Below are positions 13,475 to 25,665 of a stretch of DNA of 64,000 nt, piece after piece. This DNA is from Laetmonice hystrix (lineage: Eukaryota), in the NCBI GenBank assembly GCA_965235115.1, contig OZ249444.1:18042001-18106000 (forward strand). Direction: 5' to 3'. The position numbers and the translations under genes are program-made. Positions within the stretch are counted from its first letter, which is position 1; each line of letters begins with the position of its first letter. The notes under the pieces are model-generated. The model was not told the DNA's origin. It saw only the letters and a program-made list of their open reading frames with translations, and made no database searches.

Positions 13475-13819
13475 TATAAACTTGGTGCACGCGTAGGTCT
13501 GGCCAGCAGCGACTCGGGGCAGCCAATGTATAAACTTGGTGCACGCGTAGGTCTGGCCAGCAGCGACTCGGGGCAGCCAATGTATAAACTTGGTGCACGC
13601 GTAGGTCTGGCCAGCAGCGACTCGGGGCAGCCAATGTATAGACTTGGTGCACGCGTAGGTCTGGCCAGCAGCGACTCGGGGCAGCCAATGTATAAACTTG
13701 GTGCACGCGTAGGTCTGGCCAGCAGCGACTCGGGGCAGCCAATGTATAGACTTGGTGCACGCGTAGGTCTGGCCAGCAGCGACTCGGGGCAGCCAATGTA
13801 TAAACTTGGTGCACGCGTA
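13475..13819. repeat. 54-bp minisatellite, about 6.4 copies
   Basis: Unit tataaacttggtgcacgcgtaggtctggccagcagcgactcggggcagccaatg. Confidence 0.97.
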
Positions 13820-14281
13820 CGTCTCGTCAACAGCGATTCACGGTTGCACACGTGTATAATTATCTCAGGAAGCCACAATACTTGAAAGTTATTTCCGTAT
13901 GATTCCTATCTTCACGGCCTACACCCTCAGGCAAACAGTCAGTGTTGGCCCATACGACGCTATAACGCCAACATCAGGCAGGATTTAATATTGACGAGTT
14001 TTACGAGACAATCAAATGAAAGAAACGATATCTCATTAAATGTTGATTCTTTCAGATTCTATTAGCATGATGCAGTCGGTGACGTTTAAGTTTATTGCCA
14101 ACCGGTATATTTTTTACCCTTTTCGTCGCGGTCATAATTTTCCTAAATACAGTGTCGCGGAAAAAGGCACTCGGCTCGATTACTTAGTTGCCAAGAATAT
14201 GTGAAAGTAAAACCACAGCTTCCGAGTCGAGACTACAGTTAGACCGCTGCCGGTGAAACGGAGCGTGTCAAACGCTGTTAC

Positions 14282-14445
14282 CTTGTTCCGTCATGCGCGT
14301 TGGCGTTGGGGTCAGCCCCGTGCGTGACCAATAGTCTGGCTGCTCTCACGTGACCTCGCACGCACGTCTCGTGAAGTGGCGTGTATCCCGCGTTATCCCG
14401 GGCGTTTACGTCGAATCCCGTCTGAATGCAATACTCAATGACTTC
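14282..14445 (-). CDS. BCOR: BCOR-like ankyrin exon (164 nt, phase 0-2): EVIEYCIQTGFDVNARDNAGYTPLHETCVRGHVRAARLLVTHGADPNANAHDGT(R)
   Basis: Translated by hand; not in the ORF track. Canonical ANK motif DNAGYTPLHE. Acceptor atttttattttccag|GAA and donor ACAAG|gtaaca. Confidence 0.95.
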
Positions 14446-17400
14446 CTGGAAAATAAAAATAAGAAAATTATATAAACGTGCTAATCAGCATTTTCAAACA
14501 GTTGTAGTCAAGATGTTCCTTTCTCACAATACATTGAGAGTCAACGTCTCTTCTATGCGCGTCAGTTGATAAAAATATTGTATCTTTCACGTCAACATAC
14601 GTACGATGTCACCTCGCAGCAAAAACGTCCCAATAATTTTACTCCAAATCGAAATGACAGAGAATCCATTTACAGACAAAGAGATATACATAGACACACC
14701 TAAAGCCAGACATACAGACTGTATTATATGAATGTTTACCCCCCGGTGAGGACATAGTACGATCGCCTACCGGCACATGTGTTATATCCCTGCCGGACGG
14801 TTCGAGGTACGACAGCTATTGACACAATCCAGCCAGGTTAGGAATTTCTCAATAGTTGAAACCTTCTTCTTATTTGCGTTAGTCTAAGATGCGACAGCGC
14901 TGCTATTTACAGTGCTGCTACTTAACATCTCGGCCTACACAGGGGACCTATCTATTTAGCAGATATTGGCAGTTAACTGTTTCCGCCCGGTAGTGGTCGG
15001 TAACGCCTTCCATCGACGCCGCCCGCATTGCAGTCAGAGCGCTGTTTATAAGTAATCATTTCGGCCTATATCATCGCGAGGACCGGGGAACAATAATATG
15101 GATTCATTATATCATCCAATCCTTTGGGCATTGCAATATATTACAAGAGTAACGATCATTTATATCAGGCTGGAGGGTATTATGACTATATTCTAATTTC
15201 CGTGTAGGGCTACATATAATCTTTCACGATTACGTTTCAAGGAGTATTCTTCATAGCTAGAAACCACTACAATGTCACCGGTGTCCTGACAGAGGTCGTT
15301 TGGTATAATTTGACAAAAATGTATATAAAATTAATAAGCTACCATATAGTCACTGTTCAACGCATCTTCCCCATATAACGGCCCCTTGGCTTATTACTGT
15401 CCAGTTCATGCGACTGCTATGAAAGATTGGGCCCTACAGATACGGCACAGTTGATACATTCACTCTGTATCATACTGATGGGCAAATAGCTTAATGGTGA
15501 ATTCTATAGTCCTCCGCTTTGGGCTTTTATACAGTGTATCCGGTTTGAAGTAGTAACAGGGCACTTCCGGTGGGCTGGGGCTGAGATAGCCCAGGCCTTG
15601 ACTTCCTGTTATACACACATGGGTATACCCTAGCCATTGACTTCCTCAGTGTCTTCAACAAACATGGCCCAGCCGGGGCACAGACTTGTTTGACAGCTCG
15701 ACACAGCCCAAACAATCAATAAAATACACGTGACCGATGTGCTAAACCGGATGCTTGCTAGTTTTCCTCGCGACTTGCGCGCCAACAATTTAGACTGCGA
15801 TAACCACGTTCTATATCGACCAGTCAGGAAAGTGCCATCGAAGCTGAACCCATGTTATACAGCTCAACATGGGTTCTTACACAAGTGTTCTCATTTTTTC
15901 TATTAATATTTTTTTATTTCAGCAAGTAACACATAGTTCGTGGTTTTCAAGGTTTACGGCAGAAACGAGCGAGAAACATTGAAAGAGGTATGACCGCGTT
16001 CGCCCAAATATAACGCGATGGCAATACTGTCTTTTGGAACGGAAAAATGAAGACATCGGTGTATTGGCACAGGCGCTGCGACGGGCGACAAGCGACGGGC
16101 GACAAGCGACAAGCCACAGGCGATATGCGACTCTGTGGCTGTTTAGAAAACAACGGGTCACTCTGCCCAGCTCTGTCGCTGCCGCTGGGTACATACGACT
16201 CGGTCAATCTCCTCAGTATCTGCTACACCCGGCACGTGGAACTATCCACACGTGTACAACCGGTTCTCATCATTTACTGAGCTAATACTTACAGTACAGT
16301 CACTTCCTCCGTCACCTGACAGGTAGACGGAGGAGCACAACTCATTTACACCGTCTTTTTCACACTGGAGGAATTTAAATGTTCGTATCAATCTTTTACT
16401 GCATGGCGACTTCCATTTTCTTCCTAGATCATTAAATGGCTTCCTGTTTTTCTTATTTTATGTTTTTACGAATATCGTTTTTAGTATAGCCATTGCTCTC
16501 CTGAATAAATTATGGGACCACTTGGACACGTGGGTTCATGTAAAATAACACAGTCATCTGAGAAATACGCGAACAAATCATGGAACTTTAATTGGTGCCT
16601 ATTCTCAGGAGTATTGAAAGCCTACTCTTTCTCAACAAAAGGATTTGCTCCTGGGGCATGATATCATTTTAATAACACTGAAGAACCCGATACGACGACT
16701 ACCCATCAAGTGAGGACATGCGGTAACATTACTGAATCTTGATAACAGAACTGCAGTCGAAAATATCTCCTTATTTCCAGCTGGACAACCCCGTATGTTT
16801 TGTTCTTCCTGTTTTCCCCCGTCGACTTTCTACATTCTTTCAATAAATACTACGTCGACGTCAATAACAAAAAAACCAAAGACCAAAAACCCCAAAGTCA
16901 TTAATCTTTAGATTCGATATTACGTGGGAATCCGGTAACCGGATCTGAGTCCTCTCAGCGATAAACGCGCATGCGCCTTACATGATACCTTCTCAAAATA
17001 ACGCCGTCTGGCGGGAACCCTGCATCATGGCGGCTCGCGTGATGGCAAGCGTAACCGCCATTAACTTCAACAGATAAAAGAATATCGCCTTGCGATGTTA
17101 TATTCGGCTAGCGTACCTAGGTGTGTGACGTGTCAAATAATAATTATTTGCAGCATCATGCGTCTTGGCGCAGCGATGTTGGCCGTTTGCTATATTTTGA
17201 CGACCGTCGCTCGACAAGAAACACATCTGTAATTTTCTCCGCTCCTCTTGTCACAATTTTAATGCATCTCGACGTTTGGTAATAGATTTCCGCCGTTCGC
17301 CAACATTAGGGTTAAAGCCGAACAACACACTTCACTCAATTTCGGGAGAGCTGCGGCAGGATAAATAGACCTAATCTCGCAAAGCTTATCGGTTGAATCC

Positions 17401-17573
17401 AATAATTTTTTCCTACATCTGAATTATGATACGAAGACCAAGCTGTGCCTATGGCGTTTCCACCGCCGTGCTAGATCCACGTCAAAGGTTATATTTTCCC
17501 CGGAAAAGAAATGGACACTTCCTACACTAGTTTAGAAATAATTTCCCGTTTTAACTGTAGCACTGAGACTTAC

Positions 17574-17726
17574 ATCATTGCCTAAACGCGCTGCCTTGTG
17601 TAAGAGAGTTTCTCCCGTTTCCTTGTAAACGATCAACTTTCGCACTGCCTCCGGAACTGGTACAGCTTCCGCGCCTCCGTACTCCTCTTCAAACCCGGGT
17701 GTTTCCTGGCAAAAACTTCTGGCGTA
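17574..17726 (-). CDS. BCOR: BCOR-like exon, start of ankyrin region (153 nt, phase 0-0): YARSF...PVPEAVRKLIVYKETGETLLHKAARLGND
   Basis: Closely resembles human BCOR as I recall it ([27 protein letters not shown]). Acceptor gtgttacag|TAC and donor GAT|gtaagt. Confidence 0.93.
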
Positions 17727-17791
17727 CTGTAACACAATCAAGTGTAATATTCTTCAGTTGAATGCATCACATGTTTCTATCGAGAAAAAAT

Positions 17792-18065
17792 CACATTCAG
17801 CCCTGACAGGAGAGACACATTCAGCCCTGACAGGAGAAAACACATTCAGCCCTGACAGGAGAAAACACATTCAGCCCTGACAGGACAAAACACATTCAGC
17901 CCTGACAGGAGAAAACACATTCAGCCCTGACAGGAGAAAACACATTCAGCCCTGACAGGAAAAGACACATTCAGCCCTGACAGGAGAAACACATTCAGCC
18001 CTGACAGGAGAAAACACATTCAACCCTGACAGGAGAAAACACATTCAGCCCTGACAGGAGAAAAC
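17792..18065. repeat. 25-bp minisatellite, 11 copies
   Basis: Unit cacattcagccctgacaggagaaaa. Confidence 0.97.
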
Positions 18066-20738
18066 AAGTCACAAGCAATGTACTTTTCTCTTGAAGATGG
18101 CCTTCCAACACGGCGTCAAATCACCGTTATTCTAATTCGTCGTTCATGTAAAACCAGATCACTTATCATTATTCATATAAGATGAAATAATAATTATGAA
18201 ATTGCTGATGATACACCGATGATAAGAAATGATAATACTACAAAGGAAATCGCGGCGATAAACGTTCCATGATGGCACTAATAGAATGATAAGATGATGG
18301 TATTGTGAACAAGAAATGATAATTATATGGCGTAGTTCAGACGTTGACCATTTGTTTAAACATGTCTGTTTGTATACACAATACCACGTTTGTACCTAAC
18401 ATACAAAGGACCGCTCCCAACCATGCCAGCGTGTTTTTCGAAGCTGGACGGGTGAACAACGTATTGAATGGCTCATGTAAATAAATAGAACCACAGAGTA
18501 AAGGTGCTTCATGAAATAACACATACACCATAGCAGACACGTTTGGCATGTGATGGGGAAGAACCCACTTCGCCGCGGGGATAGCATCGTGAAAATGGCA
18601 AAATGTGAAAGTGCTCTGGGTTGGCACGGGTGGAGTGTACCGGGCGCCCAGTACCGCCGGCCTTTGAAGTCGGCCGATTGGAGCGTAACTGTGAAAAATC
18701 CGGCTCACGCGTCGCCACCAGGGGCCGCTCGCGTCGGCTTCATTGGCAGCAGTCACGTGACCGAGTTGGCGGGCCTCCATCGATCACGCTTCGACCGTTG
18801 ACTTCACAAGACACATCCAGTTCCGGGTCATTCGTCTGGATTGGCGACCGGCAGCACGAGGAGGGTTGAAGGAGGAGGGGGGGGCGCTGCTTGGCTTGCG
18901 AACGCAGGTTAATTCAATAAAACGGCTGCTCTGCCACGCAGCCATTGCTATGGAAAGCGACTGTGTATCTATGTGATGCCACCACACGTGACGACCTTCT
19001 CATGTCACGGTTCGACTGAAGACTTGGTCCCATGACATCCTGTTTGGGGTATAGATCCAGGCACTAGGAAAATACGCAGATAGGTGCTGCGAGTCATGGG
19101 TATCAAGTGTCGTCCGTTTAGGGCGGAGTCAAAGAGACAATCCACGACCTAAAACGTGACCCAACCGATTTCTTAGAATCCAAGAGTGGCTTTCAATTTA
19201 GCTGGTTTGTCAACCAGGGCCCCCAGGATCTTATATGGATTTGATAATATGTATCGTTATTTCTTACAAGCGTTTGTGGCCAGTTTTACATTCTGTGATT
19301 GACCATACAAGTTGTATACTATCTTAATCTTAGATTCCTTGTACATGAGCTCCCCCCCCCCTCCTTTTTTTGGGTCACTTCTGATCATTCTCCTGTCAGC
19401 TTTCCTACCTGAATGGTATAGCTTGGTGATCATCAAGTCCTGTTTTGGGGTTGGGTTAACTGCATGGTGATGCTGTGAGCCAAAGCAGGTATGCAAGCCC
19501 ACCTATTCGATCCCCGTCATCACCAGCATCGATTCCTGGCTTTGTGGTATTACGATCCAGACAATTTAAAATCCATCTCGGTCTTTAAACTTTATGAATT
19601 TCAATCTTTGAAAAGAAATTGGAAAAAATATCTAGCTCGTTAGGCGAAATATCTTTTAGCGTGCAGTAACCAGGATCTTGGAGAATTTCAGAATCATGTA
19701 AATGTCATACACGTCCATAGTATTTCATAAAACATTACACGGTTCCCAACCTGCTGCACTTTACATGCAGGTTGCTATCGGCGATGGCATAATTTACATT
19801 TTTTGGGATATATCGACGTGCTCCCGTGTATTATATGTTGTGATGTATAGAGCGACTCGATCCGTCGATGCTGGGGGCGATATACAGGGACCGCTGGAGC
19901 CGTACGGAGGCGGACAGCTTCAAACGGTTCTCTATGTAAATATGTCCATCACCTGGCGCTGTCTGACCTCCTTCAGCCAGCCGTTCACGTGTTCGACATG
20001 CGACCCACCCGATTAGACGGATGTCGGCGCCGTGTCCACCAATAAATCGTCGGACGGTCGTCACACCTATATATGACGTAGGCGGTTCCATAGTTCTGGC
20101 GGTCCTTGCACTTCTACAAATAATTGTACGATCCTAGAACGGTAGAGGGTCTAGAATACAGGTCATCAATCACATTGTCAATATATCCCTGGGTGTAAGG
20201 ATAAGAATTGTATTAAGCGATCAGTCTGCCTCGCCAATATATAATAAAATCTGGATATTCCCCAGTAATAAACAAGGTTCCCGATTTAGAACATGTCCAT
20301 AGTTCCACGCGTTCCCACCACCTCGGTTGACCCCGTCGATCATGTTTTGGGGCGAGGACAGCGTTCTCTCATTGCTCCCTCGGGACACTGATTACAAAGT
20401 GGTTACGTTATCAACGGCGATCATGACGTCACTAACGTAACGTTACCCGTGCGTTCTGGTTACGTCATCTGGTGTGTCAGCTCACGTTCCATTCCTCGTT
20501 CTGTAAGGATAGCGTCCTCGCAAGATCAACCTGGGTCGTCGTAATATGTCAGACACGAGCGACGTCCTTGAGACGTCAAATCGGCGTAATTCGTCTATTT
20601 TCTCTGACGTTTTGGGGAGAATGTGACGTAAGTTTAGATTCTGAATCTTCAGAATCATCATCTGATTCTCAATCATCTCTTCCTTGATTGCCACCAAGTG
20701 TTACTCTGAACGCAAATGTCCAAATGATGTAATTTACG

Positions 20739-20828
20739 TTCTATAGTTCTGATGACGTATTGATAACGTACTTTGACTGCTGGTTCTATAGTTCTGATGA
20801 CGTATTGATAACGTACTTTGACTGCTGG
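20739..20828. repeat. 45-bp tandem duplication (2 copies)
   Basis: ttctatagttctgatgacgtattgataacgtactttgactgctgg at 20739 and 20784. Confidence 0.95.
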
Positions 20829-22005
20829 TCAGTAGATAAAGAGGCGCGATCAGCCTCTCTAGACGATGCTCGTGTCCGACGTTTGTGTCCGACAGTTTTC
20901 ATCTATCCGTTTTACAGGCCGCCCGCTCGCCATCCACGACGGGCTAATTATCCACGGGTGCATTAAGCCAGGATGAGAAGGAAAACTTATGTAGCGAGAA
21001 ACCTGAAGGACCTCGTTAAATCATTACTACGTGGACGGGTGGTCGGTATGGGTGGGTGGGTGGACTGAGCTGACCAATCGATCACGCCTGGCTGGGCCTA
21101 CATGGGGAGATGGCGGGGTGGAAGATGGCGGCTCATGCATCCGTCTGTAAAAAAAACTCCATCATATTGTAGGTCAACCCGTCTGTGGGAGACAGTCATG
21201 AACGCTGACCTTAAACGTCGCGTCATTCTCTGTCGTCAGGGAGAATAACCAATGACATTAGACGGAATCAATGTCCAGACAACGTCAGACTGTACGTACG
21301 CACTTTGTACTCTTTACTTCAGGACACACAGTTTTACCGGATCTTTGCACACAACGCTCCCCAAATGTCCAACCCACTGCGTTTCCCTTTTTCAAATCTA
21401 GCAATACAATTAAACAATTCCGTGGAACTCATTGATAAGTTTGCCGTGAGTTTGCATCACTTGCTTGCAAATAATAATGTTAAAATTATTCGCACAAAAA
21501 AGATACGACCGTAATAATGATTATATCACATCGTCATAGAATTACTTTTAAATATTCTAATTTCGCGACGAGACACTATTTGCTTACACAGGATCCATAG
21601 ACTGATAGGAATGATCTATATTCTGTCTCTTCCTTGCCAATCGTTCCCGTTTAGGATAGAATTACCGGCGCTCAAGGGAGAGTTGTATTCGCCGACTTCA
21701 GCACCACCTAGCGACGGCCTTTGACACCGAGAGGAGGTGCGTGCGCGGCGTGGATATTGAACAAAGACCGCTGTTCGGGCGGACCGCTTTGAGGACGGCT
21801 TAGTCGGCATTAACTAATGATATCGACATGTTCTCCCGTAAGGAAACGGATGGCACGAGGAGATCGACGCCGCTGCAGGAAAACCCCTTCCGCTGTTTTG
21901 TATATACGTAATGATAGTCTACTACTGTGAAAACGGTTCCTCGCCAAAGCCGATTAGAAAGGAAACCTGCCATAGAGGAAAACATCTGGTTATTGTATTC
22001 TTAAC

Positions 22006-22328
22006 NNNNNNNNNNNNNNNNNNNNNNNNNNNNNNNNNNNNNNNNNNNNNNNNNNNNNNNNNNNNNNNNNNNNNNNNNNNNNNNNNNNNNNNNNNNNNNN
22101 NNNNNNNNNNNNNNNNNNNNNNNNNNNNNNNNNNNNNNNNNNNNNNNNNNNNNNNNNNNNNNNNNNNNNNNNNNNNNNNNNNNNNNNNNNNNNNNNNNNN
22201 NNNNNNNNNNNNNNNNNNNNNNNNNNNNNNNNNNNNNNNNNNNNNNNNNNNNNNNNNNNNNNNNNNNNNNNNNNNNNNNNNNNNNNNNNNNNNNNNNNNN
22301 NNNNNNNNNNNNNNNNNNNNNNNNNNNN
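22006..22328. other. Assembly gap (323 N)
   Basis: Run of n. An exon could be hidden here. Confidence 1.
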
Positions 22329-22538
22329 TAAAATGCAATTCGGCACCACCGCCTTATGACACCAAGGACGTGTCCAATATAGCCAGGTATTGTACCCAAC
22401 AATTCACATGGTATATACGTTCTGTTTATATACGTCTAAAGGCGGCACAGTGGCCCAAACTCACATCGACTGAAGGATTATAGTCTATTTATAATTCACG
22501 GGGCCGTACATCCTGATTTTACGTCACACAAGGTGTAA

Positions 22539-22942
22539 TAAAATATCTTCATGTAAACGATACATTATACCCATGAATTGTTATAAAATATCATCATATA
22601 AACGATACATTATACCCATGAATTGTTATAAAATATCATCATATAAACGATACATTATACCCATGAATTGTTATAAAATATCATCATATAAACGATACAT
22701 TATACCCATGAATTGTTATAAAATATCATCATATAAACGATACATTATACCCATGAATTGTTATAAAATATCCTCATATAAACGATACATTATACCCATG
22801 AATTGTTATAAAATATCATCATATAAACGATACATTATACCCATGAATTGTTATAAAATATCATCATATAAACGATACATTATACCCATGAATTGTTATA
22901 AAATATCATCATGTAAACGATACATTATACCCATGAATTGTT
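22539..22942. repeat. 45-bp AT-rich minisatellite, about 9 copies
   Basis: Unit atgaattgttataaaatatcatcatataaacgatacattataccc. Confidence 0.97.
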
Positions 22943-24702
22943 TCTCGCGGTCTGCATGTTCCTTTTCGTATTTCCGGGATGAACCGCACCTATCTAGGGT
23001 CAAGAAACAAGGAATGCCGATAAATGCCGATTATGTCTGGAAAGGGACGATCGCAAAACCGCTGGATCCGCCACGATAATAGAAATAGGCCAGCGTGGCG
23101 TCTCTCCCATGGGGTCAGAGCGTCGGGTCTCGCCGACACGCAATGCTTATCACCCGAGCGCTTTATAGATCTGTGTGCTGAGACGTATCGGTCCGATAAG
23201 GGAGCCAGGGAGCGGCTTGGTGAGCGCCACCGCCGATAGGGGGCGTCATAGCCAGCCCAATATGTCCGACGGCAACCCTGGAGGGTGGGAGTCCGGCAAG
23301 ACTCGGGATCGTAGTTATCCAAGTGCCATATGGAGCATGACTGTCTTGGTTGTGCCGCCCCTCGTCTGAATATAGACTGATTGATGACGATATTTTTTGG
23401 TGTTTGAAATCGTGAGAAAATATCTCATTCCTTATTGATGGTCAGTAGAATTTTTGTCATAATTTATTGGGTACTGGGTATATGGAGACAATTCTACCGA
23501 TTTACGTCATGTCTTGCGTCATAATCCGTGACGTCATTCTTTACTGGATAGCTAATTTCGACATTGATAAATGCCCGGATGCAGCCTCACTGACCCCCGG
23601 ACACAGTTACAACGTTTGCGCATGCGCTGTGGCCGGGTGATGAGCGGCGTGCGTGACCCGTTACAAATCGTGCACGGCGCGCACTCAGCCGCCAGGCTGT
23701 CCGCCTCCAGCAGCACAAACTGAAAGACACGTCGTTATGATAGTACTGGGAGAACGAAACGTATTAACCAACATCTTCCATGAATGCAGCAACGTTCCAC
23801 GCGTCGCCATCCCGTTTTTCTCGTCTGTACGAGACCTCGCGTGCCTCCTGGGCACTTGGATTTTTATAGCGTTCGTTCCCAGTTTTTTTTCTACTTCCCT
23901 CTCTCTCCTCATGAAGCCTTCGCCGCCTCCTTGTTGATCAATGCCACATGCCGCTATCTGCCTGGATTTACGAATCTTTTCAGCGAAGATTGAAAAACAA
24001 GTGACGCTGGAAAAGAAGGTCATTTAAAGGGATTGCTTATTCAGAAATAAAATGCGGAAAAGAGGCTGAATTGTCTAAGCGACATGGTTAACGCATCAAC
24101 ATTATCCCGTCCCGTTTGCGAGACGCCCGTTTGCGAGAACCCGAGACGCTGACGCAGTAACTCAACTGTATGACCATTGCCAGACATCAATTTGTATATT
24201 AATGCACTGTCACGGTCAACTCTGTATTTGCCTTTGGCAAAAGGTTGCGTGGAACTAATCTATTTATGTTATACACGAACAGACTCAACACGCGGTGAAG
24301 GTATCGTGAGCATTTTGGCGCTATGCGATGCGCTGACCGATTTGAAGAGTATATTTGGCATATAATGTAGGCATGCGTTTTGTAGAGAATACTTCACGCT
24401 TTCTGCAGGTGCCATGCCACTGTATAACATGGAACTGGACGACACACCCATGTTTACTGTTTGGCAAGCACGCGTCGATTCCGTACTGCGTCTGTGCCAC
24501 ATTCTGTACATAGAGCACAGCTTCTTCTCATTGTATATCACCTGAAAGAGCCTGTCCCGTCATACCTGTTTTTGTGGTGTTCTTTTGAACACGACTCCAT
24601 TTCGTATAAGCGATGTTTAATTAAACATCACGCCTCTCGTCAATATGACACTCACACAGATTACATGAATCAAGAATAAACAGACAAAACAATATTTTTT
24701 AC

Positions 24703-25364
24703 CTCATCCTGGTCACGTGATTCCTTGAAGCGAGGTCTGTCGACCCAAACACCTGGACGTCGGAAAAAACCCCTACATCCCCGACTAACGGCCAACCGAT
24801 GACGTCCTTCCAACCGTAACTGACGCCGACGCTGCCGATGACGTAACTGGTTGTCGTCTGGTGCCTCGTGTACCGTGCTGGGTAAACGACGCCGGTAACG
24901 TCGTTTCTTGGCCGGGACGCCGCCGTCTGCGTCGTGTACGTCATATCTCGCGTTATAATCCGTGACGTTTTGTTCTTTCTTGCCGTGTACGTCACGGCGT
25001 GTGTACTTCCGCTTTGGTTTCTGAACGGCGGATTGCGGGTCGGCCGGCTGGCGGCGTCGATAAACTCTCTTCTGTACTGTCCCATCCTTGACCTGGCTCC
25101 CGTAGTGACGTCGTACGGGTTTGGAAGTTTTCGTCTCCCGTTCCGAGTCCTTGTCCTGACCGTCGTCCTCACTGCCAGTATCACTGAAGATTACTCCGAG
25201 ACGTTCTCTAGTCACCCGTCGCCGACGCTCGCGGTGCCCGATGTACTGCTGGGACTGACGTTTGATTCGCTTGATCAGTTTCCGGTACTCGTCACGCTTC
25301 AGTTCCCTTTCGTACGCCGCGTTTTTGTTGTAACTTGATGACAGGCGGCGCACACCTTGCTTCG
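24703..25364 (-). CDS. BCOR: BCOR-like basic/charged exon (662 nt, phase 1-0): AKQGVRRLSS...RFKESRDQDE
   Basis: Within the 252-aa ORF 24670..25428. Acceptor atttcttttctctttccag|CG and donor GATGAG|gtaaaa. K/R-rich, NLS-like composition. Confidence 0.82.
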
Positions 25365-25562
25365 CTGGAAAGAGAAAAGAAATCATTCGTGACGTAAGTA
25401 ACACGTTCATTACCGCACTTCTTGACAAACAAGTGGTACATATTACGTGAATATGAACACGGTAGAATAAATGGCATTATGGCCGTTATAATATTCATAG
25501 GGGGCTTTTAACTTTGGTTCATCATCAACAATACTTTCGTACACTGTGATAATTTAGTTCAT

Positions 25563-25665
25563 TATCACTTCATCATATTATCATATCACTTCATCATATT
25601 ATCATATCACTTCATCATATTATCATATCACTTCATCATATTATCATATCACTTCATCATATTAT
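25563..25665. repeat. 21-bp tandem repeat, about 5 copies
   Basis: Unit atcacttcatcatattatcat. Confidence 0.93.

Noticed and set aside
13458-13885. 18-aa repeat ORFs in three frames
   Set aside because: Artefact of a stop-free 54-bp unit; the region is intronic.
19465-19525. tRNA-like stretch (tggtgatg...ttcgatc...catcacca)
   Set aside because: It has an 8-bp closing stem, but the T and D stems do not pair.
20447-20705. Exon-like segment with acceptor/donor and an acidic SDDDSEDSE stretch
   Set aside because: All three frames from the acceptor contain stops.
21911-22483. Long ORFs containing X runs
   Set aside because: They are open only because they span the N gap.
22573-23079. MNCYKISSYKRYIIP repeat ORF, and likewise the FLPKTYINPGCSS ORF at 29588-29995
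   Set aside because: Translations of 45-bp and 39-bp minisatellites.
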